Shown piece by piece: positions 26,501 to 35,151 of a DNA stretch of 64,000 bases (the first letter of the stretch is position 1; the number at the start of each line of letters is the position of its first letter). The position numbers were made by a program, and so were the translations under genes. A model generated the notes under the pieces. It was not told where the DNA came from and searched no databases. It saw only the letters and a list, made by a program, of their open reading frames with translations. Location: contig CAZXOE010000001.1 of NCBI GenBank assembly GCA_964642305.1, positions 58,917 through 122,916 on the forward strand. The letters run 5' to 3'. This stretch comes from an uncultured Candidatus Saccharibacteria bacterium (GTDB taxonomy: Bacteria > Patescibacteriota > Minisyncoccia > Phycocordibacterales > UBA1550).

Positions 26501-28314
26501 CCTGGATTTGTTCCATTTCCTATGTTGGTTGTCGCTGCCCCATAGCGCCAGGAAACTTGCTCCACCGCCGCCATTACGTTGCTTCCTGTTGAACCGAGAT
26601 TTATAGTGTAAGCGCCGTTGCCGACAATTTCGTTTGCGAGATTTTTATCAAAGAATAGCAACCACTGATACTCGCCCGTGGAGTTCCAGTTATATGTATT
26701 TGGAGGGGTTGGATCAACAGAAATAGAAGCAACCCTGTCCAATGTCACACCATTTACTGAATTTGCCCATGTGTATGACCGATAGCTTCCAGACACAGGA
26801 CTACCTGCTATGTTGATGTTCACAACAGGCGTCCCTGTTGTTCCGTATGCAGTTTGCTGTTCAGCCCAAAATGTTGCGGCGCCGGATTGTATAGGTGAAG
26901 TTTTCGGGAATGAATACGTAATAACTGCTTGTGCTGCGCGTGAGGACATTGTTCCGGTAAATGTAGCAGAAATAACATTGTCGCCTTGTACCATAGAACC
27001 AAGGTCATTTATATCATCAGACAATACCCAGAAATTGTTCATCACCTCGGTTGAAGCAGTATACGCATAATTTGTAACAGGAGTAGGGAGTGAGATTCCT
27101 TGCTGTGCGGCAAGCCCAAATGTGCCATTTAACGCGGCGTGACCTGTGCCACGCAAATACACATTTTTGATAGAAATAGTATTTTCTGGAAGTGTAATAG
27201 TGTCTAAAACATCCAGAGGTGTAGCTGAAGCCTTATTCCCATCAGAACCCAACATAATTTCAGATGTCTGCATTAGAAGCGTTGAGGCTGAGTAGTTGAA
27301 TTTATATGTAAGCACCTGCTCTGCCGAGACAAGGTTCATCTGATATCCTGCGGTAGCGGCAACCTTCAGATTGTGCGTAGCGTTAAGCGAAATAGCGGTT
27401 TTCGGATGTAAAATATAAATCGCTTGACTATCGGTACTTCCTGCATTGTCTAAGTAATAATTGGATACAGCATCAGCATCATAGTTGACTGTGAAAGTGC
27501 TATCTACTGTGCCTGTAGCAGGAACATGCCCACGAATTTCCGACCATGCTGATACGACAACTGGTGTATTTTCCGTAACCGTCATTGTTGGACTGGTAAA
27601 TGTCACTCCTGTTGCACCTACTGCAACGTTGCCGGGAGCCTGCCCGATGCGATATTTAATCGTGGTAATTTGCGTAGGAGCAGTATCGTCATAGTCATAG
27701 GTAATGAACATTTTCGCATTTTCCATTTTTCTTGGAACACCTGCGACGTTTGCTCTAAAAGTAATGCTCTTTGTTCCAGCAGTTTGCATTGCAGCTTGCA
27801 TTGCTGCTGTAAAATCTGGCTTTACGCGAATCGTGTAGTTTTCTGTTGAGGACAAATAAGACGCTGAAGTAAATACTGTTTCTGAAAATCCTGAGGGGGT
27901 AAGACCGAGAGTGACTACGCCTGGCGCAGCAGTTGAGGCGCCTTGAAAGGTATAATCAATCCACGCGGATTTAATCATTGTCGGTGAAGTAATAGCGTCT
28001 GGAAGGTCTACAGTAAAGACGAAGTTCTTGTTCGCAGCGGCAGCAACCCCAGTGCCTGACGTTTGATCCTGCCCTACAAAAAATTCAATAGTTTTTGTTT
28101 TTGTTCCGGCTGCATGAGCAACCGGAACATTAAAAAATTGCGGGTACTTCAACGCAAGTTGTTTTGAAATGAATGTGTTCGTGGCTGGCAACACTGGCGA
28201 GAACGTGAATGCTAATATAAAAACAGAAACAACTACTCGCTTTAAAAAAGGAAGTATCTTAAAACACAAAACGCTTTTCAAAAAATTACTAAAATAAATG
28301 ATCATTTTAAACAA
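23596..28314 (-). CDS. giant (1572 aa) Thr/Ser/Gly-rich extracellular protein with Ig-like, IPT/TIG-like and Fn3-like domains; putative adhesin
   Basis: N-terminal signal/anchor (VVVSVFILAFTFSPVLPA). IPT-like segments (RITGFTPASEAEGNPVTVNGNHF..., ITITGVGFGTVTAGNRS...). Fn3-like segment (ATITWSTASELGSSRVEYNTTEAF...TTYYYRVRSMDTAGNE). Low-complexity T/S/G/N composition throughout. Confidence 0.8.
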   Translation of the reverse strand: MFKMIIYFSNFLKSVLCFKILPFLKRVVVSVFILAFTFSPVLPATNTFISKQLALKYPQFFNVPVAHAAGTKTKTIEFFVGQDQTSGTGVAAAANKNFVFTVDLPDAITSPTMIKSAWIDYTFQGASTAAPGVVTLGLTPSGFSETVFTSASYLSSTENYTIRVKPDFTAAMQAAMQTAGTKSITFRANVAGVPRKMENAKMFITYDYDDTAPTQITTIKYRIGQAPGNVAVGATGVTFTSPTMTVTENTPVVVSAWSEIRGHVPATGTVDSTFTVNYDADAVSNYYLDNAGSTDSQAIYILHPKTAISLNATHNLKVAATAGYQMNLVSAEQVLTYKFNYSASTLLMQTSEIMLGSDGNKASATPLDVLDTITLPENTISIKNVYLRGTGHAALNGTFGLAAQQGISLPTPVTNYAYTASTEVMNNFWVLSDDINDLGSMVQGDNVISATFTGTMSSRAAQAVITYSFPKTSPIQSGAATFWAEQQTAYGTTGTPVVNINIAGSPVSGSYRSYTWANSVNGVTLDRVASISVDPTPPNTYNWNSTGEYQWLLFFDKNLANEIVGNGAYTINLGSTGSNVMAAVEQVSWRYGAATTNIGNGTNPGNTIIAPSGPITDLDAFTLTTTEGTDTVTAVTVTLGPAGAFNNIAQVDITDNANLARCTAVTNPASNTIVFNTCTSNGGIPVTTGVTTYKVRITPKTHANMAVPPGAQYATTGTVTAFTSTNTQGGTDSSSATVTVDNLSPNGGTSVSGSPEDTANTLNWTTSSSADFDTTNGSVVLRWTSASAGAEVPVEGNSAYVAGNTIGTATVACVISSAVSTAETKIDGTGGSVGCTTTALTNGQAYTYKVFQRDTRGNYDVGVLIGTFTPILLISVTTYTNTTEPALDYSAACTTCGARIGNGAGFRQSITITGVGFGTVTAGNRSTATNNIKIGTHQIADANVTAWTPTSITFLTDSAIAGDTDTDWGVNFGGASALVVTAAGAGSTGKNFYIYPQITSVTQPVGFSQDTAREYDAGDTDGVITLNGTRFGSSQGSGSVTIVAQTGSVNSWTNTAIEVQVPTTIVDSVNTGSISMTQGTGTNSKTYTYINTLRILPRITGFTPASEAEGNPVTVNGNHFCQGVSCPASFSASNKVTFMSGVDATVFTSWSATAIVTAVPVGASTGNVFVTSNALTSNDKNFVVISNVPNAPTNLNQFTNAGLTNAISIGGSASSTPIYLTMTVANTGITGGTMYPQIEYKPIGTAFTCVAQTACGSAVEGLSAGAAPGPTDCSNPANNCSIAISPSDDVYHWQARIRFNKTAVDYYGPWISFDDVNPETATDFKIDTTPPAVTLVSSGSPGSNSATITWSTASELGSSRVEYNTTEAFSGGYNCAGTSECTALTDTSPMVNSHSVPLSNLGSGTTYYYRVRSMDTAGNETISTTYNFLTQAVTKPAKTTKSYINGATGLVSGATTYYFTVSIPETAPTIQNAYIEVFGVVSGGVGTVTVKANGALSRAYDVSATNPTFYRFLYQIPSPGTETNLNLNDEAPCSGAVVPGTPPLCNNIVVTPSGVSMYVLSSKILNTYSYTP

Positions 28315-28465
28315 TATGTTAGTTTAATTGTAGCATTCTCACAGCACTTATCAAAGAAATATGTGGATAAAATTACTGTAATTTAAGCGAACCGCCAGCA
28401 GTATCTTTAGTATCTGCTGGTGAAATTGACTCATCGAGAGCAGACTGATGAAGCCACTCAACAGA

Positions 28466-29992
28466 CTACTTTCCTCTGATGTCATCCTGCCTGATGCGGA
28501 TAGCAAGACGAAATAGCTTCTCATATTCCTTCGCGGAATGTTCCCACGAAAAATCCTCCTTCATACAATTTTTAACGATTGCTCTCCAGCTCGCGGGATG
28601 TTGCCATATTGCAAAAGCCTTCGTGAGGGCGATAAGAAACGCTATAGGGTCCGAGTCATCAAACAAAAAACCATTTCCCGTTTTTTTCTCTGGGGAATAC
28701 TCCTTGACGCTGTCGGCTAGACCGCCTATACGACGCGCAATAGGCACAGCTCCATAGCGCATCGCCTCCATTTGTGTAAGACCACACGGCTCAAAAGAAG
28801 AAGGAATTAGAACGGCATCCGCTCCTGCGAATATTTCACGCGGAATTGTGCCGTCAAACTGCAAGTGCGAGCGTAACTGAAGTGGGTATTTTTTTTCAGC
28901 ATCTCTAAAAAACTGCATTATTTCTGGCTCTCCTGTGCCAACGACAACAAGCTGTGAGCCGGTTGACTTAAAAAATTGATCAATGATTGGTATGAGCAAA
29001 TTAAATCCTTTTTGCTTAGTAAGGCGAGCCACAATACCTATGAGAAAAACATTCTCATCTCTAGGTAGCCCAAAACGATCCTGAAGTGCCCGCTTGTTTT
29101 CCGCGCGTGCATTTATGTTCTTGACGCTGAAATTCTTTGCAAGCACATTGTCTGTTGATGGATCATTTGTGCTGTAATCTATGCCATTTAGGATTCCGTA
29201 TAGTCGGTCTCGTCGTTCTGTTAGAAGTCCTTCTACGCCTTCGCCAAATTCTTCTGTCAGTATCTCCTTGGCATGTGTTGGAGAAACAGTATTGATGACA
29301 TCGGCATGCAAAATACCTCTGCGAACGCTGTTTGTAAAATCGATTCTAGGACTGAATAAATCGGGAATCTCTCCAAAGCCGTCGTCGCGGTCGCCTTCAG
29401 GGATAAACCTATGATGCATTCTCATTCCTTGATTTCCGCCTATATTATGTATGGAGTAAACAGTTGCTATTTTTGAAAGACGAGGATCGCTTTGATATTC
29501 TGTACGCAGAATATTCAAAACCCATCCAGTAATCCAATCAGCCCCAACAATCACGTCTGGAATCCAATCACTCTTTTGAGCTAAAAAAGTAAGCGCTCCG
29601 CGCGAAAGCAAGGCGAAACGAATACGGTCATCCATATAACCGTATACATTGGAACGCATTTCATAATATTCCTGATTTTCTAGAAAATATGTTGGCGCGT
29701 TTTCATTGTGATTGCCATTCGGGACCGACAACAATACATTACAAATAATATTTTTCTTTGGGTTACGTATCGCCGATGGAACCTCAAGCCCTTCACAAAC
29801 CATCGTTAATTTATGTTGTTCTGGATTGATAGACGCGTATCGTGGCATAAAAACACGGGCATCGTGCCCTATCTCACGAAGCGCTCGTGGCAAAGAAAAC
29901 ATCACTTCTCCAAGTCCCCCAATCTTTGCAAAACCTGTTTGCTCTGACGAGACAAACAAAATTTTAAGCCCCTTTTTTTTCCTAGAAATCAT
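28466..29992 (-). CDS. glgA: glycogen/starch synthase (GT5, ADP-glucose type)
   Basis: KILFVSSEQTGFAKIGGLGEVMFSLPRAL (KxGGL motif), GT-B C-terminal domain (LIPSSFEPCGLTQMEAMRYGAVPIARRIGGLADSV). Confidence 0.9.
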   Translation of the reverse strand: MISRKKKGLKILFVSSEQTGFAKIGGLGEVMFSLPRALREIGHDARVFMPRYASINPEQHKLTMVCEGLEVPSAIRNPKKNIICNVLLSVPNGNHNENAPTYFLENQEYYEMRSNVYGYMDDRIRFALLSRGALTFLAQKSDWIPDVIVGADWITGWVLNILRTEYQSDPRLSKIATVYSIHNIGGNQGMRMHHRFIPEGDRDDGFGEIPDLFSPRIDFTNSVRRGILHADVINTVSPTHAKEILTEEFGEGVEGLLTERRDRLYGILNGIDYSTNDPSTDNVLAKNFSVKNINARAENKRALQDRFGLPRDENVFLIGIVARLTKQKGFNLLIPIIDQFFKSTGSQLVVVGTGEPEIMQFFRDAEKKYPLQLRSHLQFDGTIPREIFAGADAVLIPSSFEPCGLTQMEAMRYGAVPIARRIGGLADSVKEYSPEKKTGNGFLFDDSDPIAFLIALTKAFAIWQHPASWRAIVKNCMKEDFSWEHSAKEYEKLFRLAIRIRQDDIRGK

Positions 29993-30036
29993 CTTATTTT
30001 CATGATAACACGATTGACTCTCTCAACAAAGCGTTA

Positions 30037-30789
30037 TTATTGGAGTTTAATTGATCCACCTGTCGTATCTATCTCCGTGCCGATTGGGCCAATGGATTCA
30101 TCGCCGGTGCCTGTCCACGATGTTTGATTTGTGACTTTGTTCCTCCAGCGAATGAAGTAGTCGCTAATTGTCACGGGGCTTCCCGACCCCTGCCACGATA
30201 CAGTAACAGTAACTTTTTGTGTGGATGGATCAAACGCGCCAGTGCTTGTTGTGCAGGTGGTTGCTGTACCGTCTGTGTCGGTAATACCAGTAACATTTCT
30301 CACGCCTGCCGTTGTGTCGCGACAAATATTTTGGACTACAATATACCTCGTAAAACTTCCAGTATTGAGGGCGATGAGCTCGCTTCCTGTGGATGTCGCC
30401 CACTTGGTGCCAGACTGAGTAAAGTGATACTGCGAACCCTTTGTAAGATCATAAATATTTTGCCACTTTTCGTCCGCTACAGAGCGCGACTGCTCTAGCG
30501 CCTCACCAGCAAGACCCATAGCAGTATCGCTCTCGCCTGAAACCTTTCCGCTTTGCATACTCACAAACACCGACTGCGCGCCGATGGAAAGTATAACCGC
30601 GAGGATTGATGTTACAATAAGAAGCTCCAGAAGTAGCGCTCCTTTTTGGGAGGAATGTGGAAACTTATAAGAAGCCTCCAGTTGTTTGCCATATTTGTCA
30701 TAATATTTTTTGAATGATGGATTTTTTAATTTATTCTCCAAATATTTCTGAAAATCAAATGTATACTTCTTTTTATTTATTTCCTCCAT
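30037..30789 (-). CDS. pilin-like protein with unusually long (50 aa) leader before a prepilin-type helix
   Basis: SSQKG|ALLLELLIVTSILAVILSIGA. ATG at 30789 verified (ATGGAGGAA). No in-frame alternative start lies closer to the cleavage motif. Confidence 0.6.
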   Translation of the reverse strand: MEEINKKKYTFDFQKYLENKLKNPSFKKYYDKYGKQLEASYKFPHSSQKGALLLELLIVTSILAVILSIGAQSVFVSMQSGKVSGESDTAMGLAGEALEQSRSVADEKWQNIYDLTKGSQYHFTQSGTKWATSTGSELIALNTGSFTRYIVVQNICRDTTAGVRNVTGITDTDGTATTCTTSTGAFDPSTQKVTVTVSWQGSGSPVTISDYFIRWRNKVTNQTSWTGTGDESIGPIGTEIDTTGGSIKLQ

Positions 30790-30807
30790 ATTTTATATTG
30801 TACTCTA

Positions 30808-30835
30808 TTGACACATTTTTTGTTAGGTGTATACT
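30808..30835 (+). promoter_or_regulatory. sigma70-like hexamers TTGACA-16 nt-TATACT on plus strand
   Basis: ctattgacaCATTTTTTGTTAGGTGtatact. There is no plus-strand gene downstream, only the hairpin at 30853..30893. It may be fortuitous or drive a tiny RNA. Confidence 0.25.
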
Positions 30836-30852
30836 GTGCACATCACCACGAA

Positions 30853-30893
30853 AAGTCCCCCGTAGGGTTCCGTACCTATGGGGTCCTTTTTTT
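30853..30893. terminator. hairpin GUCCCCCGUAGG-loop-CCUAUGGGGUCC followed by T7 on plus (A-run/UUUU on minus); terminator at the 3' end of the NYN gene region
   Basis: 12-bp stem with one mismatch and one GU pair, then ttttttt at 30887..30893. On the minus strand the stem is followed by UUUUCG. Confidence 0.45.
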
Positions 30894-31379
30894 ATATTCT
30901 AGTTTGTCTTTTAATTCATTCATAAAATCCAATTGTTTACGTCCAAATCTCTTCAAAAGCGCTGAATATTTAAAATAGTTTGGAATAATAACTCGCTCAA
31001 ATTTATTTTTTTCTATAAGGTATTGTATTAGGCAATAAAAATCTCCATCGCCAGTTACAATCACAGCTTTGTCGTAGTTTGGGTATTCTATCATTGCGCG
31101 AAGCACCAACTCGGCATCACAATTACCCTTTGTCGTGCCATCCTTATATTCAAGCGTAGGCTTGAATATACAAAGGAACCCTGCTGATTGTAAGGAGAGG
31201 TATAAATCATTATTACTTTCAACGTAACCAACAAATAAAAAGGCCTTCTTTACACCATATCTTTCTCTAAGATGGACACGAAAACGAGCAAAGTCCAATT
31301 TCCACCCGAGCGAACGGATGGCCAAATTCACATTTTGGCTATCAATGAATGCGTAATTATTCCTAGAAATTTTTTCCAT
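30876..31379 (-). CDS. NYN-domain (LabA-like) putative RNase
   Basis: YAFIDSQNV...DAELVLRAM...AVIVTGDGDFYCL carries the acidic residues of the PIN-like NYN fold. Sits inside the pilus gene string. Confidence 0.75.
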   Translation of the reverse strand: MEKISRNNYAFIDSQNVNLAIRSLGWKLDFARFRVHLRERYGVKKAFLFVGYVESNNDLYLSLQSAGFLCIFKPTLEYKDGTTKGNCDAELVLRAMIEYPNYDKAVIVTGDGDFYCLIQYLIEKNKFERVIIPNYFKYSALLKRFGRKQLDFMNELKDKLEYKKRTP

Positions 31380-31381
31380 AT

Positions 31382-31828
31382 CTAGTATATCGTTCCGATA
31401 GCTGAAACAGTCGTTGTTGCTGTTGTGTCCTCTAGAGTAACGCTCGTTGTGGTTGCTGTGGGTATTGTGCCGGTGATTTTGTTGAAAATTATTTCCTTGT
31501 ACCCCGATGCTGGGTCAGAAAATGTGACACCAGATGAAAGTGTGGTTGTGGCAGTGGTTGTGGAGTTTGTACCGTCTGTTGAGAATGTAATGTAATAGTC
31601 CCCTTGAGCGTCCTTCACAAAGCGTACGCCCCATTTGTATCCGCTCTCCCCTGCCATTGACTTTGCGCGCATCTGTCGCAAGTCGCTCGCAATTATTTTT
31701 GAAGTAGACTGAAGCTCCACATTTTTTGCAAACCCTCTATAAAACCCTGCTCCAATGGCAGCAAGAATTGCCATAATCGCGATTACAATTAGCAGTTCCA
31801 GAAGCGAAAATCCGCGAGAATTTTTCAT
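31382..31828 (-). CDS. type IV pilin / pseudopilin (prepilin-type N-terminal methylation domain)
   Basis: MKNSRG|FSLLELLIVIAIMAILAAIGA is a classic class-III signal with Glu5. Thr-rich C-terminus. Confidence 0.8.
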   Translation of the reverse strand: MKNSRGFSLLELLIVIAIMAILAAIGAGFYRGFAKNVELQSTSKIIASDLRQMRAKSMAGESGYKWGVRFVKDAQGDYYITFSTDGTNSTTTATTTLSSGVTFSDPASGYKEIIFNKITGTIPTATTTSVTLEDTTATTTVSAIGTIY

Positions 31829-31830
31829 AC

Positions 31831-33048
31831 TTATGTGAAGTGCCCAACAAGCTGATAAATTGGCAAAATGATTGAGAATGCAATAGAACCAACAAGGAGC
31901 CCCATTATCAATAGCAATATTGGCTCTAGCACAGCAGTGAGGCCCTTGAGTTTGTTGTCAACATCCTCTTCGTAGAAATCTGAAAATGTAATGAGAATTT
32001 CAGAAAGGCTTCCTGTGCGTTCACCCACAATAACAAGGCTCACGAGAAGTCTAGGAAAGAGCTCTGGAAATTTTGCGATCGCGTCCGAAATCGAGAGTCC
32101 GTTTTTCACATTATCAACAATCGCCTTGATTGCTATTTCATATTTTTGATTACCAATAGACTGGGCTGCGGATTCTAGCGAACCCACAGCAGAAAGCCCA
32201 CTCGCCATCAGATTGCCCAATGTGCGCGTAAAACGCACGAGCGCAACTTTTTTTATTAGCTCGTTCGCGACAGGGATATGAGATATGAGAAAGAAAAAGA
32301 ATTTCTTACCCATATTTGTTTTTCTGAAGTATAGGAAAAACCAAACTGTGAAAAAAAGAATTATGCCGTCCAAAATAAAACTATATGTGAGCATTCCCGA
32401 CAGCCCGAGAAAGAACTTTGTTACCCATGGAAGTTCCACTCCGCTGGACGCAAAAGCTTTAGTAAGACGCGGGAGCACAAAGATGAGCAAGAGCGACACA
32501 ACACCAATAGATGCGACGAGAAGGATTATCGGGTATGTAAGCGCGCTCTTTACCTTTGCGCGAAGAGCGTACTCTTTTGAAAGATACTGCCCGAGCTCTG
32601 TGAGCGTGCGTTCAAGCTGGCCAGAAGCCTCGCCCGCGCGAAGCATACCCAGAAATACTGGTGGAAATTGATTTGCAAAGTTCGCAAATCCAGCAGAAAG
32701 CGGTTGCCCGTTTTTTACCAATGCCTGCACCTCCCTCAAGATATTTTTCATCATCTTTTTTTCTGTGTCTGCAATCAGAATATCCAGAGCCTCCACCACA
32801 GAGAGCCCTGCCTTTACAGTCGCCGAGAGATTGCGTACCAAAAACAAAATATCAACAGAAGTAACTTTTTCAAAAAGTGAAATAGATAAATCTAAACCTC
32901 TCTTGCCTCCGCGAAGCGCCTCGACAGAAATAGGGGTTAGGTCGCGCCTAAGCAAATACTGCACAACCTCCTCGCGTGTTAGAGCTTCGTACTCGCCTCG
33001 TACTATTGCCCCGTCTTTATTGTAAACTTCGTAAATAAATATGCTCAT
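31831..33048 (-). CDS. pilC: type IV pilus assembly platform protein PilC (T2SS F family)
   Basis: Two GspF-type repeats, 3 TM helices, 405 aa; adjacent to pilB. Confidence 0.9.
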   Translation of the reverse strand: MSIFIYEVYNKDGAIVRGEYEALTREEVVQYLLRRDLTPISVEALRGGKRGLDLSISLFEKVTSVDILFLVRNLSATVKAGLSVVEALDILIADTEKKMMKNILREVQALVKNGQPLSAGFANFANQFPPVFLGMLRAGEASGQLERTLTELGQYLSKEYALRAKVKSALTYPIILLVASIGVVSLLLIFVLPRLTKAFASSGVELPWVTKFFLGLSGMLTYSFILDGIILFFTVWFFLYFRKTNMGKKFFFFLISHIPVANELIKKVALVRFTRTLGNLMASGLSAVGSLESAAQSIGNQKYEIAIKAIVDNVKNGLSISDAIAKFPELFPRLLVSLVIVGERTGSLSEILITFSDFYEEDVDNKLKGLTAVLEPILLLIMGLLVGSIAFSIILPIYQLVGHFT

Positions 33049-33136
33049 GATTTCTTATATGTGACCTTATCGTAATTATACAACAGTTTTTGTTTTTATT
33101 TGAATTTTTGCACCCAAACTTAGAGCGAGCGCACCT

Positions 33137-33248
33137 CTTTTTGACAGGGTCCGCAGGTGCTTTGCTTGGCTCGGGCGGTACCCCGCACGAAAAGCACCGA
33201 GGATTAGCGAGCCTTCCGCAGGAGAAGGCGTGGCGCCCTGTCAAAAAG
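33137..33248. ncRNA. 112-nt structured intergenic element between pilB and pilC (candidate cis-regulatory RNA or small ncRNA)
   Basis: Closing stem CTTTTTGACAGGG / CCCTGTCAAAAAG (13 bp). Internal hairpins: GGTGCTTT...AAAGCACC (enclosing GCGG-tacc-CCGC) and GCCTTC-cgcagga-GAAGGC. The sequence is GC-rich relative to its surroundings. Strand is undetermined. Confidence 0.35.
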
Positions 33249-33265
33249 ACGATGCCGAGCGACCT

Positions 33266-34984
33266 TTATTCGTTGACTACTCTAAGTATCTCCTCTATTG
33301 TTGTTACTCCGCGTTCCACCTTATCCAAACCATCTTCAAACATAGTTGTCATTCCATCATCTACCGCTTTTTTTCGTATCTCCCCTACGGTTGCCTCTCG
33401 GAGTATTAGCTCACGAATGGCATCAGTAACTCTGAACAATTCAAAAATACCAATCTGCCCCTGAAACCCAGAATTTCCGCACACCTTGCAACCGCGTCCG
33501 CGATAGAGAGTGTTTGGAATTGCTGAATCCTTGTTTCCAGAAAGCGCCATCTGCGCCTTAATAATACGCACAATCTCTGGGCTAGCAGGATAAGACTCTG
33601 TGCACGAGGAGCAAATGCGACGCACAAGACGCTGAGCGATTACAATATTTACAGTAGAGGAAAGCAAAAATGCCGGCGCGCCCATATCTAGAAGTCTTGG
33701 TAATGCAGAGGTTGCGTCGTTGGTGTGAAGAGACGACAATACAAGGTGCCCCGTAAGCGCGGCGTGGATAGCTATCTCAACCGTTTCATTGTCGCGAATT
33801 TCCCCTATCATAATAATGTCAGGGTTTTGACGAAGTAACGCGCGAAGGCCATTTGCAAATGTAATTCCGGCCTTTGGATTTACTTGAGTTTGATTAACGC
33901 GAGGAAATTCATATTCAACAGGATCCTCAATGGTAGTGATGTTAACAGATGGAGTATTAAGTATTTGAAGTATTGCATAAAGCGATGTTGTCTTGCCGTG
34001 ACCTGTGGGGCCAGTAACAAGGATCATTCCATGGGGTTTTTTAATTTCATTTTGAAGTATCGCTATGCCATCGTTTGAAACTCCAAGATCCTTGAGGGTA
34101 AGCGGGCGCGCGGCTCCTTTCAAAATACGCATTTCAACTTTTTCTCCATGAAAGACAGGCATTATATTTACACGCACATCTACAGAACCGCCATCTTCCA
34201 TATCAAAACGAAAACGACCATCTTGAGGAACGCGATGCTCGTCTATTTGCATTCCAGCGAGGATTTTCACGCGCGCGACAAGCACAGGGGCGATAGTTTG
34301 CGGCAAGCTAACGATCTCCTGCATAATTCCGTCAATGCGATAACGCACAAGGAGTTCCTTGTCCAGAGGTTCAAAATGAATATCAGACGAGTTTAGAGAA
34401 ACTGCGTGATCAATAACATTGTCTAGTATACTAACGATTGGCACTGCGGCAGCGAGCTTTGCGACATCTGCATCTCCACTAACCGCGAGTGACTGCTCTA
34501 CGTTTTCGGAAATAATTTGATCAAAATTGATGCCTACTTTTTTCTTATACTGCTTGAGGCCATATCGCAAACTTGGAACCGTTGTAATGTATACGTCTAC
34601 CCATACATTTAGTTTTGCGCGCACGTATTCAATAGTTTCGTAATCAAATGGGTCAAGCATTGCAAGCTTTGCGCGACCTTGCTTTTTGTCGTAATCAAAC
34701 AAAACTACATTTTTTGCTTTAGCATACGCTTCTGGAATGAGCGCAAGCACGTCTGGGTTGATGGTTTCCGAACCCTCTTTTTTAAGATTAATTATTGGCG
34801 TGCCATAATACGGACTCAAAAGCTCTGCAAAATAATCCTCGGGAATTTTCCCTCTTCCTATTAAAATATTTTGGATAGACTGCCCAGAACGACGAGACTC
34901 TTCCACAGCAACACCAAAATCCTCATCAGTCACAAGTCCCGACTCAATTACAATCTCTTTTAATTTCTCTTTTGCGATGTGCAT
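33266..34984 (-). CDS. pilB: type IV pilus assembly ATPase PilB (GspE family)
   Basis: Walker A LVTGPTGHGKTT, Asp box, His box, C-terminal tetracysteine (CSSC...CKVC); N-terminal GspII_E-like domain. Confidence 0.9.
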   Translation of the reverse strand: MHIAKEKLKEIVIESGLVTDEDFGVAVEESRRSGQSIQNILIGRGKIPEDYFAELLSPYYGTPIINLKKEGSETINPDVLALIPEAYAKAKNVVLFDYDKKQGRAKLAMLDPFDYETIEYVRAKLNVWVDVYITTVPSLRYGLKQYKKKVGINFDQIISENVEQSLAVSGDADVAKLAAAVPIVSILDNVIDHAVSLNSSDIHFEPLDKELLVRYRIDGIMQEIVSLPQTIAPVLVARVKILAGMQIDEHRVPQDGRFRFDMEDGGSVDVRVNIMPVFHGEKVEMRILKGAARPLTLKDLGVSNDGIAILQNEIKKPHGMILVTGPTGHGKTTSLYAILQILNTPSVNITTIEDPVEYEFPRVNQTQVNPKAGITFANGLRALLRQNPDIIMIGEIRDNETVEIAIHAALTGHLVLSSLHTNDATSALPRLLDMGAPAFLLSSTVNIVIAQRLVRRICSSCTESYPASPEIVRIIKAQMALSGNKDSAIPNTLYRGRGCKVCGNSGFQGQIGIFELFRVTDAIRELILREATVGEIRKKAVDDGMTTMFEDGLDKVERGVTTIEEILRVVNE

Positions 34985-35083
34985 TGCCTTTATATTATAT
35001 CATGCAAAAAATAAATATGCTCTGTGTATAACCATACAGCGTACATATACGGCAACCAAGTGGCCCACAAATAGCCGATAAAC

Positions 35084-35123
35084 CACAGCTATCCCCATTT
35101 TCTACCTATAGGTAGAAAATGGG
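35084..35123. repeat. family-2 palindrome copy 1 (CTATCCCCATTTTCTACC tata GGTAGAAAATGGGGATAG)
   Basis: Perfect 18-bp arms. Further copies at 35733..35772 and 38113..38154. Copies 1 and 2 bracket the PaaX-like paralog. Confidence 0.8.
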
Positions 35124-35151
35124 GATAGTGAACGGCATACTATACGCTCAA

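Noticed and set aside
28315-28465. Hairpin CCAGCAG-n12-CTGCTGG between the giant adhesin gene and glgA
   Set aside because: Only a 7-bp stem with a 12-nt loop and no U-run on either strand; too weak to call a terminator or regulatory element.
33137-33248. Possible 4.5S SRP RNA
   Set aside because: Size and paired termini are compatible, but I could not find the conserved domain-IV motifs (GNRA tetraloop with flanking AGCA / GGUCAGG-type loops) on either strand. Kept only as an unclassified structured element.
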